Both the position numbers and the translations under genes were made by a program. Positions 1 through 8,336 of a DNA stretch of 15,554 bases are shown in pieces. Under the pieces are notes generated by a model. That model did no database searches, was not told the origin of the DNA, and saw only the letters and a program-made list of their open reading frames with translations. Position 1 is the stretch's first letter. Each line of letters begins with the position of its first letter. The stretch comes from Candidatus Bathyarchaeia archaeon (lineage in GTDB: Archaea; Thermoproteota; Bathyarchaeia; Bathyarchaeales; Bathycorpusculaceae), in NCBI GenBank assembly GCA_037481775.1, contig JBBFKZ010000028.1, positions 1-15,554 of the forward strand. Direction: 5' to 3'.

Positions 1-297
1 GGTGATTTCGAAGAGTGTTCCAGCAGCGATTATGGCTTTTGCGTCTTGCGGTTTGTTTTAGGCGCGTAGGCTCGCGGTGTACTTCGTTATTGCGGAGTTT
101 ACGCCCCATTCTCGGAATAGAACTGCCATGTATGTGGGAACAAGCGCGATGGAGTAGAGGCCGTATTCCTCTGGGGTCATTAGTCTTGCGAGGATTATTG
201 TGCCTGCGGCCATGATTATGGTGGAGAGTGCAACGCCCCAGAATAGCTGGAAGCCGCCAGTTGCAGAGACTTTGCCTAGCTCCAGAATTTTCTGCAT
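1..297 (-). pseudogene. Oligosaccharide flippase (Wzx/MOP family), 5' part, interrupted by an in-frame TAA at 58-60; runs off the left edge
   Basis: The translation MQKILELGKVSATGGFQLFWG...IILARLMTPEEYGLYSIAL...REWGVNSAITKY has the Wzx/RfbX N-terminal signature (LARxLxPxxYGxY, then D/E-xG-xxxA-xxK/R-Y). After TAA the same frame stays open to the window edge and reads NKPQDAKAIIAAGTLFEIT, which looks like the next loop and TM helix. A sequencing error is possible. Confidence 0.8.
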
Positions 298-618
298 TGT
301 TACTAGTTAGATATGTGCAGTATGTTACCTTGGCGTTTCTGGATTTGGTTGTTTTAGGTAACTTTTAATTGCTTGTTGTTTTATTTTGAGGATTCTCCAT
401 TTTGAGTTCTCAACTTGAGGATTCAGAGCACAACTTCCAATATTGCCTGTAAGTATCGAATCGGGCAAGTTGTTAACGTTGCGCATATTTAGGAAAATAA
501 CGAATACTGATTTATTTCTGATAGATTGTGCAAAACTGTCTCCGACATTAGAGAGGCTCTATGTAACGTTAGAGATCCTTATAAGAGAGTTACAGTTCAG
601 TTTTCAATGTAAAAAATT

Positions 619-1632
619 TTATGACATATTAGAGTTACTTTGGAAACTAGATAAAGACAACTTGTTCGCGTATGCAAGTTCTATAACTTCTAAATCTTTA
701 AGCGCGTCGTTACCAGATGGTTGAGGCGTGCGATCGTGTTGTATGCACTCAACGAAGTGTAAAAGCTCCTTGAAATAAGGTTCATAATAACTTGGTGTTT
801 TTTTTAGCATTAGCTGGAGAGCAGTTTTTATTTTACTAGGCGAACTGTGAGTAGCTAATGCGTGACCTGCTGTTCCATAAACTTCGATTTTGACTACGGA
901 TTGCGAAGAGAACCAGCCAACATTTATAACAACAATTTGATAACCTTTAAATTTGAGTATACAAATTGCATGGTCTTCATTTTCCAGATTAAACCTATGG
1001 CCTAAGTAACACTTTGCATCAAGTACGTCGCCAAATAACCAGCGAGACAGGTTTATCATGTGCGACCCCAAATCGATAAGAGCGCCGCCTCCTGTGAATT
1101 CTTTTTTCCACCACCATTCTGGAACAGGTTGTGGAGCATCAGACAAGGCTCTATGAACAAAAGGTCCTGAACTTATATTAGTTGCGTAAGCAACTTGGAT
1201 TTCACCAAGTTCATAATTATCTATACGTTCCTTCAACTCAAGATAAGGCTGGAAAAATCTATTAGTATGTCCAACCATTAGCTTCACATCATGTTTTGCT
1301 GCGTGCGCCAAAATCTCTTTACCTTCCCGAGTATTTCTAGCCAACGGTTTCTCAAGTAGGATATGCTTATTATTTTCAGCAGCGATTATCGCACAATCGG
1401 CATGAAGATGTGTCGGGAGGGCGATGATTACAGCGTCAATGTCTTGATCGCTTAAAAGCTGCTGATAATCTGAGTAAATGCGGCGAACACCCATTTTTTT
1501 AGCCAAGGTTAAAGCCTTTTTTGAGGTATCAGCTACAGCTGTCAAATAGGCATTTGGAAGTCTTAGGCTGTTATAGAGGTGGACCTTGCCTATGAATCCA
1601 ATACCAATAATCCCAAGTTTTATCTTATTCAT
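619..1632 (-). CDS. Gfo/Idh/MocA family NAD(P)-dependent oxidoreductase (probable sugar dehydrogenase)
   Basis: Rossmann motif GIIGIGFIG, ALPTHLH, LLEKPLA (EKP motif), GGGALIDLGSH (DxxxH). AGGTG lies 8 nt upstream of the ATG and overlaps the stop of the upstream gene. Confidence 0.93.
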   Translation of the reverse strand: MNKIKLGIIGIGFIGKVHLYNSLRLPNAYLTAVADTSKKALTLAKKMGVRRIYSDYQQLLSDQDIDAVIIALPTHLHADCAIIAAENNKHILLEKPLARNTREGKEILAHAAKHDVKLMVGHTNRFFQPYLELKERIDNYELGEIQVAYATNISSGPFVHRALSDAPQPVPEWWWKKEFTGGGALIDLGSHMINLSRWLFGDVLDAKCYLGHRFNLENEDHAICILKFKGYQIVVINVGWFSSQSVVKIEVYGTAGHALATHSSPSKIKTALQLMLKKTPSYYEPYFKELLHFVECIQHDRTPQPSGNDALKDLEVIELAYANKLSLSSFQSNSNMS

Positions 1633-1643
1633 AATTTTAACAC

Positions 1644-2540
1644 CTATAGAAAATTTTTACTAAGTAAACCCATTTTAACTGCAGTGATATATGCGCGTGT
1701 CAAAATTTTAGCGCTGATTGTCGGCTTTGGATATTCCTTCGCGACAGAGGCGGGGTTAACACCTTTTGTGATGCAATCGATCTTTCCGACGCCTTCTTTT
1801 TGCCCTAAGACAAGTGTTTTTAGCTTTTTAGGGTTTAACCCCGCAATTGATGCAGCAACACTGTCTAAGGCAACAGGATCTCGGCTTGCCATTACAAGGT
1901 TCAATTTTTTAGGAGTTACACCGCTGACAATCATGCCATCTAGAATGTGAAGGTCAAAATTCATTATTTTGTTTAAGGCTACGATGCTTTCTTCAAGCTG
2001 TTTATGAAATTTATATTTTTGCGGCACAGGATTACATCCATACAAGTTTTTCATTGCGCACGATATGCCAGTTTGGCGCATATACTTGATTTTTGGAACA
2101 TTTATGCGTAAGTCAGCGTCTTTAATAATATTTGGTAAAAAGAGGGATATAGATTTCCCATTTACTGAAGTAGTAACTGGCGTGGCGGTTTCCTCTGCAA
2201 GATTCACAAGCCTTACGTTCTGAGCCGCAGCCAGTTTGTCATAACCTAAAAAAGACCAAATATACTTACATTTCATCGCAGACGCATCAGATTCTATTAT
2301 AGATATAGTAACGTCTTTTGAAAAGTGATTTCGAATAAAATTAATGAGTGCACCGACAAATTTAGGATCTGTAGTATGGCCAGTAGACCAATCTAAATAG
2401 TAGCATAAGTTAGGCTTAATTACAATATTTTTTATGGTTTTTGGAAAGGTATATTGAATATTGTTCAAAGAGTCAAGTATAGCGCGCTCAATAGACGCCA
2501 AGTCATTATTAATGACTCTTGATAAACTTACCAAGCTCAT
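1644..2540 (-). CDS. DUF362 domain-containing protein
   Basis: IVIKPNL, TTDPKFV, INVPKIK, ISCAMKNLYG, ILDG and ASRDPVALDSVAA follow the DUF362 motif pattern. GAGTGA SD-like site upstream. Confidence 0.85.
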   Translation of the reverse strand: MSLVSLSRVINNDLASIERAILDSLNNIQYTFPKTIKNIVIKPNLCYYLDWSTGHTTDPKFVGALINFIRNHFSKDVTISIIESDASAMKCKYIWSFLGYDKLAAAQNVRLVNLAEETATPVTTSVNGKSISLFLPNIIKDADLRINVPKIKYMRQTGISCAMKNLYGCNPVPQKYKFHKQLEESIVALNKIMNFDLHILDGMIVSGVTPKKLNLVMASRDPVALDSVAASIAGLNPKKLKTLVLGQKEGVGKIDCITKGVNPASVAKEYPKPTISAKILTRAYITAVKMGLLSKNFL

Positions 2541-2706
2541 AGACGCATCACTCTATTTACAGATCTATCCAGATTCATCTTTATAAGTTGAACTAACACG
2601 AAATATTGTATCATAATACGCCATATTTATATACACCCATCAACTATAAAGTATACGTCACAATAATAAAATTAAGGTAAGTTATAAAAAATATGAGGCG
2701 AATGGC
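2541..2706. promoter_or_regulatory. Divergent promoter region between DUF362 and GH5 with archaeal TATA-like boxes
   Basis: 166-nt AT-rich spacer. TTTATATA at 2626-2633; TTATAAA on the minus strand at 2580-2586, about 40 nt before the DUF362 ATG; TTATAAAA at 2682-2689; GAGGCG SD-like site at 2695-2700 before TTG 2707. Confidence 0.55.
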
Positions 2707-3954
2707 TTGCAAAATTTAAATACGCTGCTAGCCGCGACACTATTATGCATACTATCATTTAGTATTATAGCCAGTTCAATTGCAAACTTAACAAGCATAG
2801 CAATAATTTACAGTACAGGAACCATTGAACTACAACTTACTTACCCGTTGCATATTGAAGGACGTTACATTAAAAATTCAAAAGGAGAAATCGTTTATTT
2901 AAGGGGAGTCAATAAAGCAGGGTTCTTAGACTCTTCTGATGGATTTTGGTCAGCAGGTTCAGATGACTGGTACACATATTACGGTAGATGGAATCAAGAT
3001 CTAGTTAAAACAAATTTACAAGGAATGAAAAACTGGGGAATAAACGTCTTACGATTACCAATCAACATTGATTGGTGGCTTAAAGATTTTCAGGGTACCG
3101 CCACCAATGGTTCCTCAAATATAAGGTATAGGGATTCTATAAAACAAACGATAGACTTGGCAAGCATTTATGGCATATACGTAGTTATTGTTCCTTGGAA
3201 TGTAAAAAGTGGATCAGGACAAGCTAATTTGCCATTCCCGCCATATCAAGGCAGTGCGGCTGATGTAATACCTGATGTAGCATCTTGGATAAATTTCTGG
3301 TTAAACGTTTCGCAAACACTTCGCAATTGTAATAACTTGCTGCTGGAATTGCATAATGAGCCCGCGGGATCACCATCTGATTTAAAAGTGTGGTTTGACG
3401 CAGCTGAAGCATGTATTAATGCACTCAGGACAGATGGTGATAATCGAATTATAATTATTCAATGGGGTTACTGTGCAGGTTTTGATAACGATAACTGGCT
3501 GGATGTTTGGTATAAAGAGGGAAGACGACGGGATAACGTGCTTTTTAGCACGCACATTTATAGGCGACATGGGAGCTTTGGTGACCAATTCGCACCAACT
3601 GACATCGATTTTATTAGAAATCAGCTCATCAGCGATAAATATCTATATGCGCTAAACAACCTTAGTGCCCCTATATGGATCGGAGAAATTGGCGCTTGGG
3701 GAGCTTACACACCGGATCAAGGATATAATGATCCAAGTATCCAGACAGCAGAATTAGAATATTTCAGAAATACGCTTATGATACTGAAAGGGTGGAGCGT
3801 TGGTTACGCAGTTTGGGAGTGGTTCCCAGAATGGGGGTCTACACCAGGAAGAGCTTGGGGAATAATAAGCAAGGACTGGAAGAAGACGGCGCCTTTCACA
3901 CCACCGCTACCAGGAACAATTGGACAAATAATAGTAGCCGATATATTAAGCTAA
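2707..3954 (+). CDS. Secreted or membrane-anchored glycoside hydrolase family 5 (cellulase family, clan GH-A)
   Basis: N-terminal hydrophobic segment; LRGVN; WGINVLRLP; LELHNEP (acid/base E218); STHIY; PIWIGEIG (nucleophile E327); VGYAVWEW. TTG start. Confidence 0.9.
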   Translation: MQNLNTLLAATLLCILSFSIIASSIANLTSIAIIYSTGTIELQLTYPLHIEGRYIKNSKGEIVYLRGVNKAGFLDSSDGFWSAGSDDWYTYYGRWNQDLVKTNLQGMKNWGINVLRLPINIDWWLKDFQGTATNGSSNIRYRDSIKQTIDLASIYGIYVVIVPWNVKSGSGQANLPFPPYQGSAADVIPDVASWINFWLNVSQTLRNCNNLLLELHNEPAGSPSDLKVWFDAAEACINALRTDGDNRIIIIQWGYCAGFDNDNWLDVWYKEGRRRDNVLFSTHIYRRHGSFGDQFAPTDIDFIRNQLISDKYLYALNNLSAPIWIGEIGAWGAYTPDQGYNDPSIQTAELEYFRNTLMILKGWSVGYAVWEWFPEWGSTPGRAWGIISKDWKKTAPFTPPLPGTIGQIIVADILS

Positions 3955-4007
3955 AATTAATAAAAGTACATTAAGAAAATACAATAAACCGTAATTTTCA
4001 AGCAAAC

Positions 4008-6176
4008 TTAATCCTTTATAATACTCCAAACTTGACAATAGCCATTAGAGTAAACTTGGTTTTGGATAGCCAGCTGATTAATTAGAGTAGTAGTGTTCCA
4101 AAACTGCCCACCTGACAGACCACTACAGAAAACGATGTTCTCCAAACGCAAATAAACTAATGAGCCTAAGTCAAAGCGTTGAGTGCTATTAAACAATGCT
4201 GGAAATCGCCAGGTAGCTAACAGACCGTAACTTAGCAAAACATGTTCTATTGAAGGATAATCGCCATATACAAGAGTATTATTAGCAATGTTTTTTGAAA
4301 GCCAGACAGCACCAAATAAATCTTGATCAGGAACTATAAAAGAATAGACATTGCACCCGCTAATGTCAGTCTTTAATCTTCTCCAACTCAGAGGTAGAGA
4401 CCAACTCTGATCGTTTGCAATTTCGTAAACGAATCCTATGTTAAAAAAAAAGTTGGGTATTAAAATTCCAACTGTAATTAGCCACACAGATAGTTTACTC
4501 AGTTTATTCTTTTGGGATTGATGAAATTTACCAATAATGCAAACAATTGCGTTCCAACCTAAAATTACAGCAGGCGCTGCAACCAAGAGAACTGTTTGGA
4601 AGAACCTTTCTGTACGGAAAGTGTTGGCCAAATTCGGTACAAGAATAACAAGAATTAATAATGAAATATTTGTAATAATAAAAATGAGATATTCAAAATC
4701 TATTCTAACATTTTTTGGTTTATAGAGAACTGCATATATACAATATAAGAAACCAAAAATCGCCAATAGTTCTATCAAATAAAAGAAAAATCGACCTATT
4801 TGATGTAAAAAAGAGACGGCTTCAGTTAAACCGATTCCACTCAGCACTTCTCGACTTCGAGCTTCTAAATTCAGGAAATCTGTAAAAAAATTTTGCATAA
4901 CGCGGTCCAAGCTACCTATAAAAGAATCAAATGCGACACCATTAGCCACGAAAATATGCCAACAAAAGGTGATTACAAGAAAGAGCAGTACGAAGCTTAT
5001 GTTAAGTTTTGATGCAGACTTTTTAAAAAAATGTAGAGCAAGAAACACCAATAAGGTTGAAAATAAGAAGATATATGCGAGGGAATAATGAGATACTATA
5101 AGGGCAAAGGCAAAAACCGATAAGAAAACACCCTTTCCTAAGGAGTTAAAATTTTTCTGAAAAAACACAAAAAACAGTGCAATATAAAAAAGTTGGGCAA
5201 CAATCTGCTTATTTGAGCCCCAACCATAGCTCATTGAAACAGTTAAGAAGAAAAATGATGCCAAGAAAGCCCATTTTTTTTCAAATTGGGTATTAAATAG
5301 GAGGAAAGTACCCATAACAACAAAAGAGGCAACCATTGGATAAAAGAATTTAAAAAACCAACTTCCGTCAAAATTTAAAATTTTTGAATACATAGTGGGC
5401 AAGATTGTTACACTTAAAGACGCAAAGCCTTTTTGAACGGAGTCACTTCCAAACGGATAATTCAAAAGCCAAAGCTCATCTTTTTCAACCACTTGGAATA
5501 CGTAATATTCACTATGGGCATCCCAACCAACTACATTATTTGTAATCAGCGAAGAATTCACAAAAGCTAGCAAACTTACACAAATTACCATAACAAATAT
5601 TGAATAAAAATCAGAATTTTGAATTTTTTTATATTTAAATGCGCAAATAATACAAATTGGAATTATTGCCACCACGAAAAGCAAAATTAGATTATTTCCA
5701 TAGATGTTAACTAAAAATATACCTACAGCGCCAGCCAAAGCAAAGAAAAAGAATAAGAGCAGAACACTAAAGGACAAATTCAAACCAACTGATGATGAAC
5801 TAATAAAAGTACCTTTATTTTCTCGTAAAAAATTGAAAATATTAATTGGGAGTAAAAATAGGGTCAAAGTAATAAAAAGGGAATTTGTTGATAGCGGATT
5901 AGACACATTCAAAGCAGGATAAACTAAATTAATGGACAGCCCTATGATCAGCAAAAGTGCAAGACTTAATGAACTAGAGAGAAAAATCATTTCAGCGGAA
6001 TGTAACTTGATTTTTAGGGCTTTTAATAGAGTTAAACCTGGAATAAAAGTCAGGTAAAAAAATCCAATTACTTGACGCAGTATGGGAATTTCGAAAAACA
6101 GAGCTATTGATATCAAAATTTGCAAGATAATTGTAACGAGCAACAAGCTTTTAGATGAAAAATAGTTTCCTGACAT
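4008..6176 (-). CDS. DUF2206-like polytopic membrane protein (possible GT-C-fold glycosyltransferase or polymerase)
   Basis: About 720 aa with many hydrophobic helices; RQVIGFFYLTFIPG, GWDAHSEYY, SLSVTILPT, ALIVSHYS, and a soluble C-terminal domain (GAVWLSKN...VYSNG). This pattern is recalled from archaeal DUF2206 proteins. ATG 6176 is preferred over GTG 6185 because GTGA there looks like the SD. Confidence 0.75.
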   Translation of the reverse strand: MSGNYFSSKSLLLVTIILQILISIALFFEIPILRQVIGFFYLTFIPGLTLLKALKIKLHSAEMIFLSSSLSLALLLIIGLSINLVYPALNVSNPLSTNSLFITLTLFLLPINIFNFLRENKGTFISSSSVGLNLSFSVLLLFFFFALAGAVGIFLVNIYGNNLILLFVVAIIPICIICAFKYKKIQNSDFYSIFVMVICVSLLAFVNSSLITNNVVGWDAHSEYYVFQVVEKDELWLLNYPFGSDSVQKGFASLSVTILPTMYSKILNFDGSWFFKFFYPMVASFVVMGTFLLFNTQFEKKWAFLASFFFLTVSMSYGWGSNKQIVAQLFYIALFFVFFQKNFNSLGKGVFLSVFAFALIVSHYSLAYIFLFSTLLVFLALHFFKKSASKLNISFVLLFLVITFCWHIFVANGVAFDSFIGSLDRVMQNFFTDFLNLEARSREVLSGIGLTEAVSFLHQIGRFFFYLIELLAIFGFLYCIYAVLYKPKNVRIDFEYLIFIITNISLLILVILVPNLANTFRTERFFQTVLLVAAPAVILGWNAIVCIIGKFHQSQKNKLSKLSVWLITVGILIPNFFFNIGFVYEIANDQSWSLPLSWRRLKTDISGCNVYSFIVPDQDLFGAVWLSKNIANNTLVYGDYPSIEHVLLSYGLLATWRFPALFNSTQRFDLGSLVYLRLENIVFCSGLSGGQFWNTTTLINQLAIQNQVYSNGYCQVWSIIKD

Positions 6177-6191
6177 AAGAATCACATTTGA

Positions 6192-7079
6192 TTAAGTCTT
6201 TTTAATTTGCCCACTCGCAAAACCTATAAAAAATGCAAATCTTTTGAAACTGTATTGGATAGGTAACAAAAAAACCCGCTTTTTATGATGCAACATATAT
6301 GCAATTTTTGAGTAAAGTAAGCCAGCTATGAAACCTCCAAAAGGAGACAATTTAATTAAGGAAATGACACCAGGAGCCATTCTGTAGATAAGATGAATTT
6401 TATAGCCATGCCAATAGCCTTCTTTCCAGAGTTTGCACCAACTCTTTCTTCGCAGCTCGTAAAAAAAGGCATTCGTCCCTAAAAAAAGCAGCCAGCCTTT
6501 TTTTCTTATACGATATTCAATATCTAAATCTTCACCGGCACCTTTGATGTTTTCATTGAACCCACCAACTTGTTTAATGGCATCCACCCTATATATAGAA
6601 CCGCCTGCACCAAGTGAGCGCTCTGTGACACCGCTGTACTTAAAATCAACAGCTTGATATGCCGCATTTTCTAAAAAACCAACAAGATTTTCTTGAGCAT
6701 GATTTGCGTATCTAGCTTTAGCGATGCCGATTCGCGGATTTTTTTCCATAAAATCGACTTGTTTCTTTATGTGATCAGCAGGCAATATCATATCGCCATC
6801 TAACCAAATTATATACTTACCACTTGCATTCTGAGCAACCAAATTTCTAGCGCTACCTAGACCTGCCCATTGCCTTTCGAATAGCTTGACACGCATATCT
6901 AAATTGGGTAGATAATTTTTGATTAGCATAAGAGTGCGATCTTCGCTACCGTCATCAACTATTATGAGTTCAATTAAATGATGTGGGTAATGCTGGTGCA
7001 CGATACTCTGTAAGGCCATTTCAATCGTTTCTTCAGAATTTCGAACACAAATTCCTACAGTAACTAAAGGGCCATGCAA
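6192..7079 (-). CDS. Glycosyltransferase family 2
   Basis: VTVGICVRN, IIVDDGSED, ARN, WLDGD (DxD), VGGFNE, GEDLDI. Start placed at TTG 7079, 8 nt after AGGTGA; the ORF-track GTG at 7091 is inside that SD. Confidence 0.93.
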   Translation of the reverse strand: MHGPLVTVGICVRNSEETIEMALQSIVHQHYPHHLIELIIVDDGSEDRTLMLIKNYLPNLDMRVKLFERQWAGLGSARNLVAQNASGKYIIWLDGDMILPADHIKKQVDFMEKNPRIGIAKARYANHAQENLVGFLENAAYQAVDFKYSGVTERSLGAGGSIYRVDAIKQVGGFNENIKGAGEDLDIEYRIRKKGWLLFLGTNAFFYELRRKSWCKLWKEGYWHGYKIHLIYRMAPGVISLIKLSPFGGFIAGLLYSKIAYMLHHKKRVFLLPIQYSFKRFAFFIGFASGQIKKT

Positions 7080-7133
7080 AATCCAGATCACCTATTGAAA
7101 TAAGTTATCATGAGTATAATAGCTTTTAGCAAA

Positions 7134-8291
7134 TTATCGAGTGCTAGAAATTTTTTCCCATATATGGGCATCTTTTCTTTTTATCAAATCAATTAGTGCA
7201 ATAATCGCATAAACTTGAAGAGAAAAGAAGTCAAAGAAAAATAGCACAATTTTTCTCAAGTTCATCGACCTATAATATAAAATGCTCAATAAAATAACAG
7301 CCATTACAAATAATGCAACAATTGAGCTAGGACTAAAAAAGTTAAAAGCAAAATATGACACGTTTACACTAAATAAAAACAACGCCATAAAACAAAGAAA
7401 TGGACCAACGGTCATTTGCAGAAAATGTATGGGAAAAATCAGTAGACCATACAGCCCATATTTAGGATTAAAAAATAAATCAAAGTTTTTAATCATAACT
7501 TGCATGATTCCAAGGATATGCCGAACTTTTTGAGTCTTAGTTTCCCGCCTGCTAGCAGGCAGTTTTTCTTTGACAACCACTTCTGGCGCATATTTAATCT
7601 TGAAATTCTGTTTTCTAATATTCATAGCAATTTCTAGATCATCTGCAGCAACGCGTTCATCAATCTTATTTATCAGATCTTTTCTGAAAGCGAAAAGTTC
7701 TCCAAATACTATAAACACACTATCTATATCAGATTCTAGTTTTTTGTAAATATGGTGAAACCAATAAAATACGTTGTTCCAAAGATTCATTTCGCCACTT
7801 GGCATGAATCTAGGTAAAACGGCGCCTATGCCCTTTTCAAAATTTTTAACAAGGGTATTGATAGAAGTTGGCGTAAATTCGGAATTTGCATCGCTTATTA
7901 CAATTATTTCGCCTCTCGCTTTTGCTAAAGCAAAATTCAACGCATTAGCCTTGCCCAATCGCTTTGCTTGCTCTAGAAGGATTACACCTTTATTGGTATA
8001 TTCTGAAACTATAGCTTTAGTATTGTCAACGGAACCTGAATCAACAACTATGACCTCATAAGAATCACGTGGAAGATCTGCAGATAAAAGTGATTCAAGC
8101 TTCTGTCGAATAACTCTTTCTTCATTATACGTGGCAATTATCACCGATACACTTGCAGGAGATACAGTGTTTAAGCTTAAACGCTTTTTTTTATAAGATA
8201 AACTAACTAAAAATAAAATTGGCAGATACAGAAAATATAGAATAAAGAGACCAAGCAAAGTTACAATAAAACACAAAAAAATTAAACTCAA
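7134..8291 (-). CDS. Membrane-bound glycosyltransferase family 2 (PgaC/IcaA/cellulose-synthase-like architecture)
   Basis: N-terminal TM helix; SVIIATYNEE, VVDSGSVD, GKANALN, ISDAN, GELFAFR, AADD, QKVRH (QxxRW position); two to three C-terminal TM helices. Confidence 0.9.
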   Translation of the reverse strand: MSLIFLCFIVTLLGLFILYFLYLPILFLVSLSYKKKRLSLNTVSPASVSVIIATYNEERVIRQKLESLLSADLPRDSYEVIVVDSGSVDNTKAIVSEYTNKGVILLEQAKRLGKANALNFALAKARGEIIVISDANSEFTPTSINTLVKNFEKGIGAVLPRFMPSGEMNLWNNVFYWFHHIYKKLESDIDSVFIVFGELFAFRKDLINKIDERVAADDLEIAMNIRKQNFKIKYAPEVVVKEKLPASRRETKTQKVRHILGIMQVMIKNFDLFFNPKYGLYGLLIFPIHFLQMTVGPFLCFMALFLFSVNVSYFAFNFFSPSSIVALFVMAVILLSILYYRSMNLRKIVLFFFDFFSLQVYAIIALIDLIKRKDAHIWEKISSTR

Positions 8292-8336
8292 TTTTCACAG
8301 GCACCTTAGAAATTATTTCAACTTTTTTATCGAAAT

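Noticed and set aside
58-60. Stop-codon reassignment or Sec/Pyl readthrough in the flippase
   Set aside because: The codon is TAA, not TGA or TAG, and TAA is used as a normal stop by many genes in the window.
15-215. 66-aa plus-strand ORF
   Set aside because: Antisense shadow of the flippase gene.
443-724. 93-aa plus-strand ORF in the spacer, overlapping the dehydrogenase 3' end
   Set aside because: No recognisable motif or SD, non-ATG start, and about 105 nt antisense overlap with a confident gene; probably spurious, though not excluded.
3955-4007. Terminator between the convergent GH5 and DUF2206-like genes
   Set aside because: AT-rich with only short T runs and no convincing hairpin; a specific element cannot be supported.
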